From contig CAWHXY010000004.1 in NCBI GenBank assembly GCA_963833575.1, positions 768,001 to 832,000 on the forward strand: 64,000 nucleotides of DNA. Reading direction: 5' to 3'. Below are positions 48,238 through 58,920 of the stretch, piece by piece. The notes beneath the pieces are model-generated. The model was not told where the DNA came from and made no database searches. It saw only the letters and a list, made by a program, of their open reading frames with translations. Every line of letters starts with the position of its first letter. Within the stretch, counting starts at the first letter, position 1. Position numbers and translations under genes: made by a program. The stretch is from Candidatus Bathyarchaeota archaeon (lineage in GTDB: Archaea > Thermoproteota > Bathyarchaeia > Bathyarchaeales > Bathycorpusculaceae).

Positions 48238-49569
48238 ATGGATGTTTTACAAAAAGCGCTTGAACTTGTTAGCAGATATCCCCTCTGTGACCACTGTCTT
48301 GGTAGACAATTTGCGTTGCTTGGCTACAGTATGGAAAACAATGTTCGAGGCTCAGCGCTAAAAGTCAGCTTAACCTTACAAGCCACTGACGCCGCCAAAG
48401 AAAAAAACGTTGAAGGTATCAAACAACTAAAAGTTTTAGCAACAAACGGTTTTTCCAGAGAAGCCGAAGAAACCCTAAAACACCTAAAAAAACGGGTCCC
48501 TAAAGCTTCAGAAAAAAAATGTTATCTCTGTGATGGCAAGTTTGGGCTTCTAAATAACTTAACCGACAAATCCTTGAAAATGGTTGAAGGTTATGAGTTT
48601 ACTACATTTCTTGTCGGAATAGAAGTACCTATTGAGGTTGAAGAACGAGAAGACGAGTTTAAAGCGACTTTCAACCTTGGATACAGCGAGAGTATAAAGC
48701 ATGAATTTGGACGATTATTCGGAAAAGCCCTTGCTGAACGAACAGGCAAAACAGCAGATTACCTAATTCCCGACATTGTTGTAGTAATCAATCCATTTCA
48801 AGAAAGGATACGCCTTCAGGTTAACCCACTTTTTGTCGGAGGAAGATATCGAAAACTAGTACGGACCATTCCACAGTCAAAATGGTTCTGTTCAAGCTGT
48901 CATGGAAGGGGCTGTGAGAAATGCGGTGGAACAGGCAAAATGTACCCCGAATCGGTTGAAGAGCTATCATCAAAACCACTGTTGGAAGCCGCGGATGGCG
49001 AATCAACTTCATTTCACGCTTCAGGTCGCGAAGACATTGATGCTCGAATGCTTGGAACAGGGAGACCTTTTGTTATTGAAGTCTCTAAACCTAAGAAGCG
49101 ATTTATCAATTTGAAAGAAATTGAAGCCAAAATAAACGCCGAAGCAGTGGGAAAAGTGCAGGTTTCTCGGTTACGTTTCACAACTAAGAATGTGGTTAGA
49201 CATCTCAAGAAAGGAGAAGGCGCTCAGAAAGAATATCGCTTGCTTGCCGAATTTGAGAATGATATTTCTGATCAGGATTTGCGACTGTTGGAGGAAAAGC
49301 TCACTGGGGTTACAATTAGACAACAGACGCCTCTGCGTGTTATGCATAGAAGGGCGGATTTAATCCGAGAAAGGTACATATATAAGGTTAAAGTTAAGAA
49401 GGTGTCGCTTAAGAGGGCGCTTATGGAAATTCGTTGCCAAGGCGGTCTCTACGTCAAAGAACTCGTGTCTGGCGATGAAGGTCGAACAATACCCAACGTT
49501 TCAGACCTCCTTGGAAACAAGGCGAAGACGCTTAAGCTTGACGTATTAAAAGTAATAATGGATGATTAA
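48238..49569 (+). CDS. pus10: tRNA pseudouridine(54/55) synthase Pus10
   Basis: CDHCLGRQF, GRYRK, SGREDIDARMLG and GGLYVKEL motifs. Confidence 0.95.
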   Translation: MDVLQKALELVSRYPLCDHCLGRQFALLGYSMENNVRGSALKVSLTLQATDAAKEKNVEGIKQLKVLATNGFSREAEETLKHLKKRVPKASEKKCYLCDGKFGLLNNLTDKSLKMVEGYEFTTFLVGIEVPIEVEEREDEFKATFNLGYSESIKHEFGRLFGKALAERTGKTADYLIPDIVVVINPFQERIRLQVNPLFVGGRYRKLVRTIPQSKWFCSSCHGRGCEKCGGTGKMYPESVEELSSKPLLEAADGESTSFHASGREDIDARMLGTGRPFVIEVSKPKKRFINLKEIEAKINAEAVGKVQVSRLRFTTKNVVRHLKKGEGAQKEYRLLAEFENDISDQDLRLLEEKLTGVTIRQQTPLRVMHRRADLIRERYIYKVKVKKVSLKRALMEIRCQGGLYVKELVSGDEGRTIPNVSDLLGNKAKTLKLDVLKVIMDD

Positions 49570-49585
49570 AAAAGGTGAAAATTGC

Positions 49586-49882
49586 ATGAGAGGTTCAAAA
49601 GGATATTATACTGGCACTCGCAGTTTGCTGAAAAAGCCACTCAGAGAAAGAGGAAAGCTAAACATTGGAAGAATACTTCAAGTCTATCCAATCGGTTCTA
49701 AAGTCCTAATAAAGATGGATTCTAGTGTACAGAAGAGTATGCCTCATAAAAGATTCCATGGCAAAATAGGCGTTATCAAGGAAAAGCGTGGCCGTGGATA
49801 CGTAATTACGGTTCCCCAAGGCAATAGCATTAAAGAAATCATTACTCGCGCAGAACACATACAGCTCTATACAGGTAAGTGA
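49586..49882 (+). CDS. rpl21e: 50S ribosomal protein eL21
   Basis: SKGY..GTRSLL and MPHKRFHGKIG. Confidence 0.93.
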   Translation: MRGSKGYYTGTRSLLKKPLRERGKLNIGRILQVYPIGSKVLIKMDSSVQKSMPHKRFHGKIGVIKEKRGRGYVITVPQGNSIKEIITRAEHIQLYTGK

Positions 49883-50226
49883 GGGAAATGAGCAAGAGAG
49901 AAATTAGCGAAAGTCGCTTGACTCTGCCACAAGTCAAGAAAGTATTAGAATCAGTCGGCGAAGAAAATCTAGACCAACTACAACGTAGAACGTTGGATTA
50001 TGTAAATAAATTTTCCAAAGTTGAACCAGAGAAAGCGGAAGAGCTCCTTCAAACGTTAGTTAAAGAATATGAAATTGATGAAACTGAAGCAATTCAAATT
50101 CTAAATTGCTTGCCAGAAACTGTTGATGAGCTAAGAATTTTCTTGGCTGGCGGTCGCAAAATCATAGAGACATCAAAATTAAAGGCCATTGTAACGCTAT
50201 TGAATGAGAATAGAATTCTGAAGTAG
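49879..50226 (+). CDS. rpo4: RNA polymerase subunit Rpo4 (F)
   Basis: QRRTLDYVNKFSK, NCLPETVDELR; conserved position after rpl21e. Confidence 0.88.
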   Translation: MREMSKREISESRLTLPQVKKVLESVGEENLDQLQRRTLDYVNKFSKVEPEKAEELLQTLVKEYEIDETEAIQILNCLPETVDELRIFLAGGRKIIETSKLKAIVTLLNENRILK

Positions 50227-50279
50227 GCGCTTAGTGACTAAGTATTTTTAAGTAGTGCGCGTAATAACTAGAGGGCTCA

Positions 50280-50855
50280 GTGACTATTATGGAAAAGCGG
50301 TATGAAGAATACGCTTACGTGTTAGACTTCTTGTCCCACGGTAAGCCTGGATTTCGCCCAACAGGACGGGCCGGTTATCGAGCGGGAGCTCTGATTCAGT
50401 GTATCGGAGAAGAATTCTTTACACTTTTAGAAGCTTTAGTCAAAGAAGGTTTAATGCTTAAGCCAGGAGACCGCGTATACGTTGGCAAAGATAGCCGACA
50501 AGAAGTCACCTATATCATCGGACGAATTGGCTTTGAAGAATTAACCGCCTCAGCCAAAGCTGAGCTCACCAGCGACATAGCTAAAATAGTCATAAATCGG
50601 GAAAAGTGGTTTGTAAACTTTTTCAACACAACACGCGCCATTACCCCTCGCATGCACGCCTTAGAACTTGTTCCAGGAATTGGAAAAAAATATATGTGGC
50701 AGGTAATTAACGAGAGAGAGCGCAAACCCTTTGAAAGTTTCGAAGATTTGCAGAAACGCACAGAGTTACCTAATCCAGTTAAATTAATCACCAAGCGTGT
50801 TATGGAAGAACTTGAAGGCGATAGCAAGTACCGTTTGTTCACAAGGGCACAATAA
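50280..50855 (+). CDS. DUF655 putative RNA-binding protein
   Basis: YEEYAYVLDF, FTLLE and RMHALELVPGIGKK motifs. Confidence 0.9.
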   Translation: MTIMEKRYEEYAYVLDFLSHGKPGFRPTGRAGYRAGALIQCIGEEFFTLLEALVKEGLMLKPGDRVYVGKDSRQEVTYIIGRIGFEELTASAKAELTSDIAKIVINREKWFVNFFNTTRAITPRMHALELVPGIGKKYMWQVINERERKPFESFEDLQKRTELPNPVKLITKRVMEELEGDSKYRLFTRAQ

Positions 50856-50865
50856 GGCATAAACG

Positions 50866-51684
50866 ATGAGCCTTGAAGAAACGAAGCAAATGCTTCGGAA
50901 ATACCGAATATCACCGAACAAGCTTCTGGGCCAAAACTTCATGGTAGACCATTCGCTCTACGATAAACTGTGCTCTTACGCCGAACTTGCCCGTTCGGAT
51001 GTGGTGTTGGATGCTGGTGCAGGTTTTGGCTTTCTGAGTCGCTTCATGGCTAACAAATGCAAAATGGTTATAGCTGCTGAAAAGGATCGGCAAGTTGCTG
51101 AAGTGCTTCGTGAACAAATCAAAGGAATCGGCAATGTGATTGTTGTAGAAGGCGATGTATTGAAAGCAACGCTACCTGAATTTAACAAGGTAATAGCCAT
51201 CCCGCCATACTACCTCTCCTCTCATCTTATAACATGGCTTCTTGAACGCAGATTCGACTGTGCAGTAATGATTTTGCAGAAAGAATTTTCCAATAGGCTT
51301 ATTGCCCCTGCAGGGAGCGAGGAATACGGTTGGTTAACGGTTGTGACCAATCAACGCGCCCAAGTTGAGCTTCTGGATGCGGTTCCAAAAGAGATGTTTT
51401 ACCCTCAACCGGACGTAGATTCAGTGATTCTTAGTTTGAAGCCTTGGAGTAAAACTCTGTTTGAAGTGAAAGATGCAGTGTTTTTCAAGCAAATGGTTAA
51501 GTGGCTTTTTACTCAGCGCAACAAAAAGTTAGGCAAAGCACTTGCGCCATTCCTCAAGACTACTTTAAAGTTAAGCAAGCAGGATGCAGAAAAACTAACT
51601 CTAACCTTGCCATATCATGATAAACGTGCAAGAGAGTTGCAGCCTAAAGATTTTGGAGAATTGGAAAATGTCATTCCCCGTTAA
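50866..51684 (+). CDS. rsmA: 16S rRNA dimethyladenosine transferase KsgA/Dim1
   Basis: LGQNFM, GAGFG, PPYYLSS, FYPQPDVDS and FTQRNK motifs. Confidence 0.93.
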   Translation: MSLEETKQMLRKYRISPNKLLGQNFMVDHSLYDKLCSYAELARSDVVLDAGAGFGFLSRFMANKCKMVIAAEKDRQVAEVLREQIKGIGNVIVVEGDVLKATLPEFNKVIAIPPYYLSSHLITWLLERRFDCAVMILQKEFSNRLIAPAGSEEYGWLTVVTNQRAQVELLDAVPKEMFYPQPDVDSVILSLKPWSKTLFEVKDAVFFKQMVKWLFTQRNKKLGKALAPFLKTTLKLSKQDAEKLTLTLPYHDKRARELQPKDFGELENVIPR

Positions 51685-52294
51685 GCGAGTGTATTTTGAA
51701 AAGCAAGCATTTGATGTTTGCGAGGACGTTTATGAGCCTGCCGAGGACTCTTTTCTCTTCGCCGAAAATCTCGAAATAGAACGAGGCGCTGAAGTTTTAG
51801 ATGTTGGAACTGGCTGCGGTATTCTTGGTATAGTAGCAGCCGAAAAAGGCGCAGATGTGATTGCAGTTGACTTAAGCCCTTACGCTATTCAATCTGCAAA
51901 AGAGAATGCATCGCTCAATAATGTACGAAATAAAATAACTTTCCTGCAGGCGGGTCTACTAACCGCTTTTAACGAGAAAGCCAGGTTTGATCTAATTCTC
52001 TTTAATGCACCGTATCTTCCTTCGGCCGAAGACGAAGCGGAAAGTTGGATTGGACGCAGTTGGGCCGGAGGAGTAAATGGTCGTAAAGTTATCGACCGGT
52101 TTATCTTTGAAGCGCCATCGCATTTGAAAGCCAACGGGCGAATTCTCATGATGCAGTCTACCCTTGCGAACGCTGAAGAAACCATTCAGAAATTTGCAGA
52201 ACAGCATTTGAAAGCGCAGATTAAAGCCAAACGTAAATTACCTTTCTTTGAAACTCTAACGCTCATAGAAGCAGGCTTCAGGGTTTCTCCTTAA
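51668..52294 (+). CDS. HemK2/MTQ2 protein methyltransferase
   Basis: VYEPAEDSFL, DVGTGCG and FNAPYLP motifs. Confidence 0.9.
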   Translation: MSFPVKRVYFEKQAFDVCEDVYEPAEDSFLFAENLEIERGAEVLDVGTGCGILGIVAAEKGADVIAVDLSPYAIQSAKENASLNNVRNKITFLQAGLLTAFNEKARFDLILFNAPYLPSAEDEAESWIGRSWAGGVNGRKVIDRFIFEAPSHLKANGRILMMQSTLANAEETIQKFAEQHLKAQIKAKRKLPFFETLTLIEAGFRVSP

Positions 52295-52448
52295 CAAGAA
52301 AAGAGGTTTCTTGGTAACCCAAATCAAAAAAATAGTTGAAATTTTCAACAGTGGTTTCGTAAACGAAATGAGACTTATTTTTCGGGGAGTTTTTGTGCTT
52401 ATGAAAAGCAAATAAAGGTATGTAGCATTGGTTTATTGGAGTGGTTAG

Positions 52449-52778
52449 ATGACGATTTGGGTTTACGTTAAAACAAGTGATGAACCGAAAGCTGTTGGAG
52501 ACATTGTCTGCAGCTTCAATGTTGCCGAAGGCATTCATCCGGGAGACAAATACTCTTGGATTATTGAAGCTGGGAAAGATGAGCCAGGCTATTGGGAGAT
52601 CAAAGGCAAATATGCGAAACTAAAAGACTTAACAGAAATAGGGATCGTTTACAGGATAGGCGACACAGTGGTTTTAGCTGAAATAGATGATGATTTGACT
52701 CCCGACTTCCTTGACCCCTTAATAACACAATACGGGTTTGACAACGTCAAGTGGATCGTTGTCCAAAAAATAAAGTAA
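52449..52778 (+). CDS. Hypothetical protein
   Basis: 109-aa ORF with GGAG SD. Confidence 0.65.
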   Translation: MTIWVYVKTSDEPKAVGDIVCSFNVAEGIHPGDKYSWIIEAGKDEPGYWEIKGKYAKLKDLTEIGIVYRIGDTVVLAEIDDDLTPDFLDPLITQYGFDNVKWIVVQKIK

Positions 52779-52824
52779 ACTTTCTTTTTTATTATTAATA
52801 AAAAGATTTCTTTTATGTCCTGCG

Positions 52825-53310
52825 TTATTGTTTGTCGTATTTTTCTACTTCATCATTCATAACAATTAATTCGACACATGCTTGTTTGAACATCTGTGTT
52901 GTATCGGCGTCGGCATGATAGCGTTTTTCGCAAACTACTTTCTTTATGCCCGCGTTAATTATTATCATTGCACAAGTTCTGCAAGGCGTCATTTTACAAT
53001 AAAGTGTTGATCCTTCAAGGGGTATCCCAAACCTAGCTGCTTGAATGATCGCGTTTTGCTCCGCATGTAGCGTGCGCACGCAATGCTGAGTTACATTACC
53101 GTTACTGTCTAATACTTTGCGCATGTCATGGCCGGCTTCATCGCAGTGAGGTAATCCAGCAGGGGCACCAACATAACCAGTGGTCATAATTCGCTTGTCC
53201 TTGACAATGACACAGCCGCTTCTCCCACGGTCGCAGGTCGCTCGTTTAGCCACTGCTTCGCATAAGTCTAAAAAATATCTGTCCCAATTGGGTCTTGAAT
53301 TGCTGTCCAA
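52825..53310 (-). CDS. dCMP deaminase family protein
   Basis: RPNWDRYF, RATCDR, HAEQNA and PCRTC motifs. Confidence 0.92.
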   Translation of the reverse strand: MDSNSRPNWDRYFLDLCEAVAKRATCDRGRSGCVIVKDKRIMTTGYVGAPAGLPHCDEAGHDMRKVLDSNGNVTQHCVRTLHAEQNAIIQAARFGIPLEGSTLYCKMTPCRTCAMIIINAGIKKVVCEKRYHADADTTQMFKQACVELIVMNDEVEKYDKQ

Positions 53311-53386
53311 TGTTCCTCAGCCTCAAATCTTTTAGGACATAGTTCATCACAACAAATTAATAAATCATATCTTGGAAAAATACAAG

Positions 53387-54685
53387 TTATTTTCGGCAGA
53401 TATGAATTTGTCTTCCGATTTTGTGTCGTTCATCAACTTCAATTAAAGAATACATATCGGTTAATTCTTGAACATTCTTAGAGTCTTGAGAAAACATGTC
53501 TTTCGAAAAAGGTTGAACTAATTTGAATCCTGTTTTCTCAAGTTTCACAGCAATAGGCATAGTTACTGATTGTCCGGAACGAGTCATGATGTAGGGCGTT
53601 ACAAGAACTAGTCGTCCATTCTCTTTTAGCACTCTATATGCTTGTTCAGCTAAACCGAAGAACAGGGGCGTAAGCTTCTCAATAATTTTTTGAGCGTACG
53701 GTCCTGTAGGCACTTGACGTAACGCTGGACCCAAATCAGGCTCTGTTACAATACAATCAACTGTTTCTTGTCCTACCTTCTGTGCCAATCTACTAACGTC
53801 ACCCTGCAGCACTCTAAACTCCGCATTTTCAAGGCTATATTCTTTTTTTATCCAATCAAGATTTTCGTTTGATGCCTTGACACACCAAGGATTTACATCT
53901 ACACCAACGACATTTGCTCCTTCCAGTAAGGCTTCTTGAAGGACAGTGCCTACACCGCAAAACGGGTCAAGCAAAACTTTGCCTGGTGTACAAGAGGATA
54001 AGTTCACCATTATTCTGGCAATCCTTGGTGGCATACCGAAAATTTTTCGTTGTACTGGTTTGTATACGTCTCTTTTTTGAAATTCAAATGGATTGTGAAC
54101 TGCGATAGTTTGAGCTATCCATGTTTCTTCTCTGCCAATGCATAGCAGTACTTCTGACTTGTTTTCGACTAGGTTCTTCTTTAAAACTTCTACATGACTT
54201 AGTTGCGCAGCTTTTCTGTCTTTAGAAAAACCCATGAACTTTGATTTCTTGCCATACCCTTTCAACTCATCTTTTATTGCGCTTCCGACAAACCGTTGAA
54301 TGATCCCTGAGAAAGGGCGTACTGGATTTTCAGCGCAGTATACACTTACTCCAAAAAACAGCTTTTCAGCAGATTTGTTTATTTCTTCAACTAAACTGCT
54401 TGCTGCTAACGTTTCGGTTATTTCTGATTGAGCTTGCTTATTTTTGTCAAGAAATGCTTCTTTAATAATTTGAGTTGAAGTTTTTGTTTTCTCTTCTCCA
54501 ATTTTTATTGTTCCACCTAAATTTGGCATCGCGGAAGCGTCAAAGCCGTTTTCAAAGTTAAACGTAAAGAATTCCTTGGAGGAAAATTCTACCTCAAATT
54601 TGACTTCTCTCGCTTTTAGGTAAGCGGTTAGCTCTGCTAGAGAGAGTTTCCAGTTTTTTCCTGAAATGAATAATATTGTTTGCAT
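53387..54685 (-). CDS. Trm11-like RNA methyltransferase
   Basis: MPPRIARIMVNL, LDPFCGVGT and VTEPDLG motifs. Confidence 0.8.
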   Translation of the reverse strand: MQTILFISGKNWKLSLAELTAYLKAREVKFEVEFSSKEFFTFNFENGFDASAMPNLGGTIKIGEEKTKTSTQIIKEAFLDKNKQAQSEITETLAASSLVEEINKSAEKLFFGVSVYCAENPVRPFSGIIQRFVGSAIKDELKGYGKKSKFMGFSKDRKAAQLSHVEVLKKNLVENKSEVLLCIGREETWIAQTIAVHNPFEFQKRDVYKPVQRKIFGMPPRIARIMVNLSSCTPGKVLLDPFCGVGTVLQEALLEGANVVGVDVNPWCVKASNENLDWIKKEYSLENAEFRVLQGDVSRLAQKVGQETVDCIVTEPDLGPALRQVPTGPYAQKIIEKLTPLFFGLAEQAYRVLKENGRLVLVTPYIMTRSGQSVTMPIAVKLEKTGFKLVQPFSKDMFSQDSKNVQELTDMYSLIEVDERHKIGRQIHICRK

Positions 54686-54852
54686 CTGGAAGATGAAGAG
54701 TTACTTAAGTATATAAGAAGTGACGCCCCGTTATGACTAGAAATGCGTTTGCTATCTTTACAATCTTAAATTGAAAAGACACATAAGCTTATATGAAATG
54801 TTACAAATCGTTTAAATACCGCTAAATGAGTATGCTAAAAAGGGACGTTTCC

Positions 54853-55410
54853 ATGCACGCAAAAAATTATAGGCACGTGAAAAATCGAGCCTACACAAGA
54901 AAAGAATATGCTAGAGGTTTTCCACCACCAAAAATAGTGAAGTTCACCATGGGCGATACTAAGGGAACCTTTGAAGTTGAAGGGAAACTTATCGCTTTGG
55001 AACGAGCTCAAATACGCCACAGTGCACTTGAAGCAATGCGTGTAGCCACGAACCGTATCCTAATGGACAAATTAATTAATGATTATCTTATGGTTGTTAA
55101 TCTTTATCCTCACATTATTCTAAGAGAAAACAAAATGATTTTCGGCGCTCACGCTGACCGACTTCAACAAGGAATGAGACGTTCTTTCGGAACAGCGATT
55201 GGTACTGCAGCAAAAGTTGAAGTTGACCAAGTCATAGAAACGGTTAAAGTAAAAGCGTCAGCTGCTGAGACAGCCAAAGAATCTCTCAAAAGAGGAAGTG
55301 CAAAACTTCCAATTCCCTGCAAAATAGTTATCTCCAAAATTGTAGCTCCTCCAGAAGTAGACTCAGCTGACGAAGCTGAGAACGCGGAACCGGAGACGGA
55401 GACGGCTTGA
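54853..55410 (+). CDS. rpl10e: 50S ribosomal protein uL16 (L10e)
   Basis: AYTRKEY, LRENKM, ADRLQQGMRRSFG and KLP motifs. Confidence 0.95.
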   Translation: MHAKNYRHVKNRAYTRKEYARGFPPPKIVKFTMGDTKGTFEVEGKLIALERAQIRHSALEAMRVATNRILMDKLINDYLMVVNLYPHIILRENKMIFGAHADRLQQGMRRSFGTAIGTAAKVEVDQVIETVKVKASAAETAKESLKRGSAKLPIPCKIVISKIVAPPEVDSADEAENAEPETETA

Positions 55411-57839
55411 GCGTCAAAGGGAAAGAACTGGTTTTATGGTTTGATGAAGTAAGAAAAGAAGACATTCCTGTTGTTGGAGGCAAGAACTCCAGCCTAGGCG
55501 AAATGATTAATGCAGGACTCCCTGTTCCACCCGGTTTTGCAGTAACAGCTTATTCCTACGAAAAATACATCGAAGAAAAGCGTATAGCTGAACAAATATA
55601 CAAAATTATTAAAGAAACAGTCACAAACCCAAACGATCCAAAACAGTATGACGTGGCATCTAAGAAAATCCGTGAACTGATGGAAAAAACTCCAATGCCC
55701 AAAGACATCGAAACTGCCATAAGAACTGCTTACAAAGAACTAAATGAGCGCCTAAAGTTAAAAGACACTTTTGTTGCCGTCCGATCAAGTGCGACAGCAG
55801 AAGATTTACCAGATGCATCATTTGCGGGTCAACAAGAAACTTACCTTAACGTTAGAGGGCCAGAAGACCTTCTACTAAAAGTAATTAAATGCTGGTCAAG
55901 CCTCTTTACTCCACGCGCGATATTTTACCGAACCGAAAAAGGATTCCCTCATGAAAAAGTATTCATAAGTGTGGGCGTCCAAAAAATGGTCAACTCGGGA
56001 TGCGCCGGAGTCATGTTCACAATAAACCCTGTAACAGGGAATAAAGATGAAATTGTCATTGAAGGCAACTACGGTTTAGGTGAAACCGTCGTTTCAGGCG
56101 TGGTTAACCCTGACGATTTTGTAGTCGACAAGGCTACTGAGACAATTAAAGAAAGAAGAATTGAACGCAAAACAATAGAGTACATTCGTGATCCCAAAAC
56201 TGGCAAGACGGTACACTTGGATGTTCCTTTAGATAAACAAAAAGTAACTTGCATAAATGATCAGGAAATTTTAAAGTTAGCACAGCTTGCCAAACAAATT
56301 GAGAAACATTATGGCAAACCCATGGATATTGAATGGGCAATTGATCAAGATCTGCCTTATCCTGAAAACATGTTTATAGTTCAAGCTCGGCCAGAAACAA
56401 TTTTTGGCACAAAAGAAATGGAAGCACCTAAAATGGATGATACAAGAGCCCAGGAACAATTAAAAGTAATAGTCAGAGGTATTTCAGCTGGAAGAAGAGG
56501 CTACGGTGTAGGCAAAGCAACTGTTGTCCTCAACCCCGATGACGCAAACAGAGACATGAAAAAAGGCGACATTCTCGTAACAGGCATGACCGACCCTGAC
56601 TTTGTACCATTCATGAAAATGGCAAGTGCCATAGTTACCGACAAAGGCGGAATCACATCTCACGCAGCAATTGTAAGCCGAGAACTTAACATTCCCTGCG
56701 TTGTAGGAACCGAAACAGCCACACAAGTCATGAAAACTGGCAAAGAATACACTGTCGACTCACGAAACGGCGTAATTTATGAAGGCATAATCGCTCAAGC
56801 CGTTCAACCAGCCGCAGGAAATAATGAGTCAGGCATGGTCGTGCAAGGAGCAGAAGCTGCTCCAGTTACAGCTACAAGAATCTACATGAATCTGGGAACT
56901 CCAGAAATGATCGAACAATACAAAAATCTGCCGTTCGAAGGCATCGGCTTAATGCGAACCGAGTTCATCCTTGCAAGCGCCATAGGACAACATCCAATGG
57001 CATTTGTTGACGCAGGCCAAAGCCAACAATTCGTCGACAAACTAGCTGATGGCATAGCTACGGTGGCACGCGTAATTCAGCCCAAACCAGTTGTTGTGCG
57101 ATTAAGTGACTTTAAAACTAACGAATACCGCGGCTTGAAAGGCGGAGAAAAATACGAAATCGTGGAAGAAAACCCAATGTTAGGTTGGAGAGGTTGCAGC
57201 CGCTACATCAGCAAATGGTATGACAAAGCATTCAGACTGGAATGCCAAGCCATCAAAAAATGTCGCACAGAATGGGCTCTGAAAAACGTTTATGTTATGC
57301 TTCCAATGGTACGCACTCTCTGGGAAGCCCGAAAAGTTCTCGACATAATGAAAGAAGAAGGCTTAGAACGCTCACGTGACTTCAAGATATGGTTTATGGC
57401 CGAAACACCTTCAATAGGCATAATGGCTGACGAATTCTCAAAGCTAGTTGACGGTTTCTCAATAGGCTCAAACGACATGACCCAAGGCGTACTAATGATC
57501 GACCGTGACTCCGAACGCCTAGGACAAATGGGCTACTTTGACGAAAGAGACCCAGCAGTCAAAAGAATCATTGCGCACCTAATCAAAGCCGCTCACGAAA
57601 ACGGATGTACCGTATCCATCTGCGGTGAAGGGCCATCAAACTATCCAGACTTCGCAGAATTTCTGGTCCGCGTCGGAATCGACAGCATATCCGTAAACAA
57701 TGACGCCGTTATTGTAACAAGAAAGAATGTTGCAAGCATAGAACAAAAAATAATTCTCGAACGCCTCGCCGAGCAAGCTGCAATAGCACGCGGACAACCA
57801 CTTAAAAAACCAACCCCAGACTGGGAATGGCCGCGCTAA
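55407..57839 (+). CDS. ppsA: Phosphoenolpyruvate synthase
   Basis: VGGKN, VRSSATAEDL, SHAAIVSRE, EENPMLGWRG and SIGSND motifs. Confidence 0.96.
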   Translation: MSVKGKELVLWFDEVRKEDIPVVGGKNSSLGEMINAGLPVPPGFAVTAYSYEKYIEEKRIAEQIYKIIKETVTNPNDPKQYDVASKKIRELMEKTPMPKDIETAIRTAYKELNERLKLKDTFVAVRSSATAEDLPDASFAGQQETYLNVRGPEDLLLKVIKCWSSLFTPRAIFYRTEKGFPHEKVFISVGVQKMVNSGCAGVMFTINPVTGNKDEIVIEGNYGLGETVVSGVVNPDDFVVDKATETIKERRIERKTIEYIRDPKTGKTVHLDVPLDKQKVTCINDQEILKLAQLAKQIEKHYGKPMDIEWAIDQDLPYPENMFIVQARPETIFGTKEMEAPKMDDTRAQEQLKVIVRGISAGRRGYGVGKATVVLNPDDANRDMKKGDILVTGMTDPDFVPFMKMASAIVTDKGGITSHAAIVSRELNIPCVVGTETATQVMKTGKEYTVDSRNGVIYEGIIAQAVQPAAGNNESGMVVQGAEAAPVTATRIYMNLGTPEMIEQYKNLPFEGIGLMRTEFILASAIGQHPMAFVDAGQSQQFVDKLADGIATVARVIQPKPVVVRLSDFKTNEYRGLKGGEKYEIVEENPMLGWRGCSRYISKWYDKAFRLECQAIKKCRTEWALKNVYVMLPMVRTLWEARKVLDIMKEEGLERSRDFKIWFMAETPSIGIMADEFSKLVDGFSIGSNDMTQGVLMIDRDSERLGQMGYFDERDPAVKRIIAHLIKAAHENGCTVSICGEGPSNYPDFAEFLVRVGIDSISVNNDAVIVTRKNVASIEQKIILERLAEQAAIARGQPLKKPTPDWEWPR

Positions 57840-57918
57840 CACAAAGGCAAAAATCAACCAACATCTTATTTCCTTATCTTTTAGTTTTCATATTTTCCGT
57901 CACTGGTGAGAGCGCTAT

Positions 57919-58920
57919 TTGAAAGGATTTGATTTTGAGGAAGAACGCATTAAACAAGAAATTGGCAAAATTTGCGCCAAACGAGTATTGTTGCAATTCC
58001 CAGAAGGACTTAAACCTGAAGGTCCGCGCATTGCGAAAATAGTTGAGAAAGAAGGAGCCATACCAATAATCTCTGCAGACCCATGCTACGGTGCATGCGA
58101 CATAGCTATCAATGAAGCCGAAAGCTTGGGCGTAGATTTGATTGTACACTTTGGGCATGCCAAGCTCACAACTTATGACAAGACTCCAACAATTTATGTT
58201 GAAGCGAGAGCAACAGTGGCTGTTAAGGAGGCTGTTAAGCAATCCTTATTACTTCTACAAAATTATTTCCGCATTGGTTTAGCAACTTCAGTTCAACATT
58301 TACACGAGTTAAGTAACGCAAAAGACATTTTAGTTCAAGCTGGAAAAAAGGTGTTTATCGGCAATAACGGTCAGAATATTTATCCAGGCCAGGTCATAGG
58401 TTGCAACTATAGTAATGCGCAATCCATTGACAAAGATGTAGACGCTTTTCTTTTTGTGGGCGGTGGGATGTTTCATGCTTTGGGAATTGCTTTAAGCACT
58501 TCAAAACCAACTTTCGTAGCAGACCCATATGATAGTCGAGCTTTTTCAATTAATGATGAAGCCCAAAAAATCCTCAAACAACGCTGGACATGCATTCAAG
58601 AATCGCAAAATGCTAAAACATTCGGGATTCTAGTAGGTTCGAAACAAGGCCAAAAACGGTTTGACCAAGCTTTAAGCATCAAAGCGTTGGCAAATAAACA
58701 TGACAAAGAAGTTTATCTTTTGATTTCTAGAGAGATAAATCCTGAAACGCTTTTGGAATTTCCATCCATTGACGCATACGTAAATACGGCATGCCCCAGA
58801 ATATCTCTTGAGGCGCCGCAAAAGTTTTCAAAACCTGTTTTAACTGTTAATGAGTTCATGGTTGTTTGTGGCGAGTATTCATGGGAGAGCCTGCTCAAAA
58901 AAGGATTATTCGAAAATTAG
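57919..58920 (+). CDS. dph2: Diphthamide synthesis protein Dph2
   Basis: QFPEGLK, CYGACD, HFGH, GQVIGC and TACPRI motifs. Confidence 0.93.
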   Translation: MKGFDFEEERIKQEIGKICAKRVLLQFPEGLKPEGPRIAKIVEKEGAIPIISADPCYGACDIAINEAESLGVDLIVHFGHAKLTTYDKTPTIYVEARATVAVKEAVKQSLLLLQNYFRIGLATSVQHLHELSNAKDILVQAGKKVFIGNNGQNIYPGQVIGCNYSNAQSIDKDVDAFLFVGGGMFHALGIALSTSKPTFVADPYDSRAFSINDEAQKILKQRWTCIQESQNAKTFGILVGSKQGQKRFDQALSIKALANKHDKEVYLLISREINPETLLEFPSIDAYVNTACPRISLEAPQKFSKPVLTVNEFMVVCGEYSWESLLKKGLFEN